Shown here piece by piece: positions 58,684 through 64,000 of a DNA stretch of 64,000 nt. The stretch's first letter is position 1; the number at the start of each line of letters is the position of its first letter. The notes beneath the pieces were generated by a model, which was not told where the DNA came from, did not search any database, and was given only the letters and a program-made list of their open reading frames with translations. The DNA is taken from NCBI GenBank assembly GCA_963795085.1, contig CAWCFX010000001.1, positions 668,674 through 732,673 of the forward strand, written 5' to 3'. The DNA comes from an uncultured Gemmatimonadales bacterium (GTDB lineage: Bacteria > Gemmatimonadota > Gemmatimonadetes > Gemmatimonadales > GWC2-71-9). The position numbers and the translations under genes were made by a program.

Positions 58684-60168
58684 TCAGAATGCGCTGTGCG
58701 GCGGATCCGCCAGGACCCGCTGGTATACCTCAGTGTACTTCTCGCCGGAGCGGGCCCAGCTGAAGTCGCGCGACATGGCTTCGACCATGAGACGCTTCCA
58801 CACCTCGCCGTCGTGGTAATAGTCCATCACGGCCCGGGCGATCCGCAGCAGGTCTTCCGAGGAATACTCGTCAAAGAGAAAACCGGTGACCCCGTCTTCT
58901 ACGGTATCGGCGATCCCGCCGACCCGCCGGGCCAGCGGGATCGCGCCGTAGCGCTGGGCCCGCATCTGGGCCAGGCCGCACGGCTCGTAAAGCGAGGGCA
59001 TGAGGTACATGTCGGCGCCCGCCATCAGCCGGTGCTCGATCCGTTCGGTAAACCCGAGGTGCACGGCGATCCGGTCGGGCCAGCGGGACGCGTAATGCTT
59101 GAGCATCGCTTCGTATTTGGGCTCGCCGGTGCCGAGGAAGATGAACTGCGCCTCCAGCATGAAGAGCGTGTATTCGCCGACGATCAGCTCCAGCCCTTTC
59201 TGGGATGTCATCCGGGCGGTCATGACGAACAGCGGCATCCGGGAGCGCTGGGGCAGCCCGAAGGTCCGCTGCAGCGCCGCCTTGCACCGTTTCTTCCCCT
59301 TGAGGTCCTCCGGTGAGTAGCGGGCGGTGATGACCTTGTCGGTCGCCGGGTTCCACTCCTCGAAATCGATTCCGTTCACGATCCCCGAGAACCGGTTGCG
59401 GAGCGAGATGAACACGTCGTGCAGGCCGAAACCGCCTTTCACGGTCTTGAGCTCGTGCGCGTGGGTGGGGCTTACGGTGACGGTCGCGTCCGAGAAGACC
59501 AGCGCCCCCTTGAGGAGGTTGGTCTGGCCGTGCCATTCCAGGTACTGCCAGGTAAACAGCTCCCAGGGCAGACCGATCTGCGGCATGACGTCCGCCCCGT
59601 AGTAGCCCTGGAAGCCGGCGTTGTGCACCGAGAATACCGTGCGGAACCCGCGGTGGAAGGTGCTGCTGGCGAACTGGGTGCGGAGATAGACCGGTGCCAG
59701 CGCGGCGTGCCAGTCATGGGCATGCAGGATGGAGGGCGAACGGGCGATCCGGGGCAGCAGCTCCAGCGCGGCCATGCAGAAAAAGGCCCAGCGCTGGGGG
59801 TTGTCGCCGTAGTCGGAACCACCCTCGCCATAGAGGCCCGCGCGGTCGAAGTACTCGTGCTCGATGCAGTAGATCTTCGGCTTGCTGGGCTCCACCGGGA
59901 GGCGGTAGAGGCGGCCCTCTTCGGTCCGGGGTCCGACCTGCACGGCAAACGGCTGGCCCACCCGTTCCAGCTGGCCGGCGACTTCCCGCACCGAGCGGTG
60001 CAGTGGCATGATGACCGCGACCGGAATGCCCTGGGCCGCCTGGTACTCGGCCAGCCCCATGACCGCCTCCGCCAGGCCGCCGGTGCGGGCCAGGGAATCA
60101 TACTCCGCGGCGAGATGCACCACCCCCACGGGAGTGCCGTCGATGGTGCCCAGCGGATTTACAGCCAT
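58684..60168 (-). CDS. glgA: glycogen synthase (GT5)
   Basis: The start at 60168 gives MAVNPLG...VVHLAAEYDSLARTGGLAEAV (K/R-TGGL motif). It also has HAHDWHAAL, GIVNGID and YEPCGLAQM. Confidence 0.85.
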   Translation of the reverse strand: MAVNPLGTIDGTPVGVVHLAAEYDSLARTGGLAEAVMGLAEYQAAQGIPVAVIMPLHRSVREVAGQLERVGQPFAVQVGPRTEEGRLYRLPVEPSKPKIYCIEHEYFDRAGLYGEGGSDYGDNPQRWAFFCMAALELLPRIARSPSILHAHDWHAALAPVYLRTQFASSTFHRGFRTVFSVHNAGFQGYYGADVMPQIGLPWELFTWQYLEWHGQTNLLKGALVFSDATVTVSPTHAHELKTVKGGFGLHDVFISLRNRFSGIVNGIDFEEWNPATDKVITARYSPEDLKGKKRCKAALQRTFGLPQRSRMPLFVMTARMTSQKGLELIVGEYTLFMLEAQFIFLGTGEPKYEAMLKHYASRWPDRIAVHLGFTERIEHRLMAGADMYLMPSLYEPCGLAQMRAQRYGAIPLARRVGGIADTVEDGVTGFLFDEYSSEDLLRIARAVMDYYHDGEVWKRLMVEAMSRDFSWARSGEKYTEVYQRVLADPPHSAF

Positions 60169-60182
60169 AGAGGTGCCGCCTG

Positions 60183-62345
60183 TCAGTACGTGTCGATCGG
60201 TGGATCGTCCGGCGTCTGGTAGCCTCGAATCGCGGGGACGTAATAGTCCCGGGCGTAGTCGCCGACCATGCGGCGGGCCGTGAACAGGTTGCCGGCCACC
60301 CGAATCGCATTGCGCATCCGTTCGAGCCAGCCGGTGGGAATGCCCCGCTCGTCGCGGTCGTAGTACAGCGGGATCACCTGCTTCTCCAGCAGGGTATACA
60401 GATGTTCGGCGTCGGACTCGTCGGCCTCCTCGTCGGCGCCGCCCTGGGGGATGGCCCAGCCGTTGGTCCCGTCGTAGCCCTCGGCCCACCAGCCGTCCAG
60501 GGTGCTGATCTGGGGGACGCCGTTGAGGGCCGCTTTCATGCCGCTGGTTCCGCTGGCCTCCAGGGGCACCCGGGGCAGGTTGAGCCAGACATCCACGCCC
60601 TGCACCAGCACGTGGGAGACGTGCATTTCGTAGTCCTCGATGAACGCCACCCGACCCTCAAACTGGGGATCCCGGGTGAATTTGTACACCCGCTGGAGCA
60701 ATTCCTTGCCGGGCTGGTCGGCCGGGTGGGCCTTGCCCGCGAACACGATCTGGACCGGGCGCCAGGGGTTCACCAGGAGCCGGCGCAGCCGCTCCGCATC
60801 GCGGAACATGAGGTCGGCCCGCTTATAGGTGGCGAACCGGCGGGCGAATCCGATGGTGAGGGCGTGGTGATCGAGCAGGGTGCCGGCCCCCACCACGTGG
60901 GCCGCTTCCTTCCACTGGGTGGCCCAGCGGTTGCGGGCGTCCTCCCGCATGGCGCGGAGCAGGGTGGACTTGAGTCGCATGTGGGTGAACCACAGTTCCT
61001 CGTCGTCCAGCGTCAGCACCTGGTCCCAGAAGCCCGCCTCGGTCGCCCGCGCGTCCCAGCCCGGCCCCAGGTGGCGGTCCATCAGCATCAGGGCGGGCTT
61101 GGCCATCCAGGTGCCGACGTGTACCCCGTTGGTGATGTGCCCGATGGGGACCTTCGAGGTCGCCCGCCCGGGCCAGAGATCCTTCCACAGGTCGCGGGAG
61201 ACATCGCCGTGCACCTTGGAGACGCCGTTGATGCCCCGGGAGAGCCGCATCGCGAGCGCGGTCATGTGGAACTCCTCCGGGCCTTCCGACGGGTGCCTGC
61301 CGAGAATAAAGAACTGCTCCCGCGTGATGCCCATCTCGGTCCAGAACTCGCCCACGCACTTGGCCACCTGGTCCACCGGGAAGTGGTCGTGCCCCGCCGG
61401 TACCGGGGTATGGGTGGTGAAGATACTGGCCTCGCGGACCCGGGCCACCGCCTCCTTGAAGGAGAGTCCTTCCGCCGCGTACTCGCGCAGCCGCTCGACG
61501 CCCATGAACGCCGCATGGCCCTCGTTGGCATGCCACGCGGCGGGATGGATCCCGGCGGCCCGGAGCGCCCGCACCCCGGCCACGCCCAGAATCCATTCCT
61601 GCTTGAGGCGGAGGTCGGCGCCCACTCCGTAAAGCTTGGTGGAAAGCTCCCGGTCCTGGGGGTCGTTTTCTTCCAGGTCGGTGTCCAGCAGGTAGAGCGG
61701 CACCCGCCCGACCAGCATCTTCCAGGCTCCGACATGCACCGTCCGGCCGAAACAGGTCACCGTGGTCAGCCAGGGCTCGCTCTGGGGCCCGTACACGGGG
61801 ACCAGCGGGGTCACCGGGAAGTCGAACTGCTCGTCCCGGTCCTCCTGCCAGCCGTCGAGTCCTAGGTGCTGGTCGAAGTAGCCGCGGGTGTACATCAGGC
61901 CGACGCCGGTGAGCGGCACGCCCAGGTCGCTGGAGGCCTTGCAGTGGTCGCCAGCCAGGATACCCAGGCCGCCGGAATAGATCGGGACCGAGTTGTGCAA
62001 CCCGAACTCGGCGCAGAAATAGGCGATCGTCTTCCGATCGGGGGCGGGATAGTTGAGATGGAACCAGGTCTGGTCGGCGGAGGCTTCGGCCGCCATCCAC
62101 TCGTTCAGCGCGTCGAGCCGGCGCAGGAACTCCGGGTCCTGCGACAGGGTGGCCAGGCGGCCCGGATCCACCCGCCGGAGCAAGTCGATCGGGTTGTGGC
62201 GGGTCAGGTGCCAGAGCGGCTCGTCAATGGAACGAAACAGGGCGCGAGCATCAAGATTCCAGCTCCAGGCGAGATTGGTGGCCAGCGCGGCCAATCCTTC
62301 CAGACGGGGAGGGAGAAACGGGATCTTGCTGCGAAGTGGATTCAT
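60183..62345 (-). CDS. glgP: alpha-glucan phosphorylase (GT35, DUF3417-type N-terminus)
   Basis: LAALATNLAWSWNLDARALFRSIDEPLWHLTRHNP, IAYFCAEFGLH..PIYSGGLGILAGDH, and the PLP lysine in EASGTSGMKAALNG. Confidence 0.85.
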   Translation of the reverse strand: MNPLRSKIPFLPPRLEGLAALATNLAWSWNLDARALFRSIDEPLWHLTRHNPIDLLRRVDPGRLATLSQDPEFLRRLDALNEWMAAEASADQTWFHLNYPAPDRKTIAYFCAEFGLHNSVPIYSGGLGILAGDHCKASSDLGVPLTGVGLMYTRGYFDQHLGLDGWQEDRDEQFDFPVTPLVPVYGPQSEPWLTTVTCFGRTVHVGAWKMLVGRVPLYLLDTDLEENDPQDRELSTKLYGVGADLRLKQEWILGVAGVRALRAAGIHPAAWHANEGHAAFMGVERLREYAAEGLSFKEAVARVREASIFTTHTPVPAGHDHFPVDQVAKCVGEFWTEMGITREQFFILGRHPSEGPEEFHMTALAMRLSRGINGVSKVHGDVSRDLWKDLWPGRATSKVPIGHITNGVHVGTWMAKPALMLMDRHLGPGWDARATEAGFWDQVLTLDDEELWFTHMRLKSTLLRAMREDARNRWATQWKEAAHVVGAGTLLDHHALTIGFARRFATYKRADLMFRDAERLRRLLVNPWRPVQIVFAGKAHPADQPGKELLQRVYKFTRDPQFEGRVAFIEDYEMHVSHVLVQGVDVWLNLPRVPLEASGTSGMKAALNGVPQISTLDGWWAEGYDGTNGWAIPQGGADEEADESDAEHLYTLLEKQVIPLYYDRDERGIPTGWLERMRNAIRVAGNLFTARRMVGDYARDYYVPAIRGYQTPDDPPIDTY

Positions 62346-62380
62346 GGCCCCTGGCTGAAACGGCGTGAAGTGGCGGGTGC

Positions 62381-62429
62381 GCAGTGAGTCGTGAGTAATG
62401 AGCAGAGAGCGGTCAGCAGGAAGCCATGA
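62381..62429. repeat. degenerate heptamer array (NNNTGAG/NNNNNAG period 7), seven units
   Basis: cagtgag tcgtgag taatgag cagagag cggtcag caggaag ccatgag. It lies 36 nt upstream of the glgP start, between glgP and the ettA stop. Confidence 0.6.
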
Positions 62430-62491
62430 GAGGCCCGTCCGGCCAGGCGCGGCGGGACGCTGTTCCCGCCTCCGGCTTCCCGCTCACTTTA

Positions 62492-64000
<1,509 letters not shown>

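Overview
High-GC bacterial chromosomal window, roughly two-thirds G+C by eye. Gene content and protein style suggest a Gemmatimonadota-like organism, but I could not verify this without a database search. I support about 47 protein-coding genes, one tRNA-Pro(GGG), several rho-independent terminators and one sigma-54-type promoter candidate. All products are called from motifs I can read in the translations, and start codons are often uncertain. Content is mostly housekeeping or accessory metabolism: secreted peptidases and hydrolases (DUF885, M28, M61, CocE/NonD, beta-lactamase-like, Big_2 esterase); a MacA/MacB/TolC-type efflux operon; a lipoprotein plus histidine kinase plus NtrC-type regulator operon; agmatine-to-putrescine genes (aguA, aguB, and an agmatinase-like ureohydrolase); chrA; a five-gene GH57-based glycogen cluster (glgP, glgA, three GH57 genes); and a partial ettA. 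The most unusual signal is non-coding repeat architecture. (1) A lower-GC DUF559 (Vsr-like nuclease fold) gene is bracketed by inverted copies of a two-hairpin GC-rich module, with extra tandem copies on one side, like a TIR-bounded cassette. (2) A multiply frameshifted four-helix-bundle (23S-rRNA-IVS-type) gene sits between aguB and aguA, flanked by inverted arrays of the heptamer CGGCAAT. (3) A second inverted array pair (octamer CCCACTGT) has no cargo. (4) A ten-unit heptamer array lies directly upstream of tRNA-Pro, between a direct duplication of the tRNA 5' end. Other points: a 1-nt frameshift splits the MacB-like permease gene, a translationally coupled HD-GYP pair shares an N-terminal domain, and a LuxR regulator has a pseudo-receiver. 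No CRISPR array, rRNA, transposase, integrase or phage genes were recognised.
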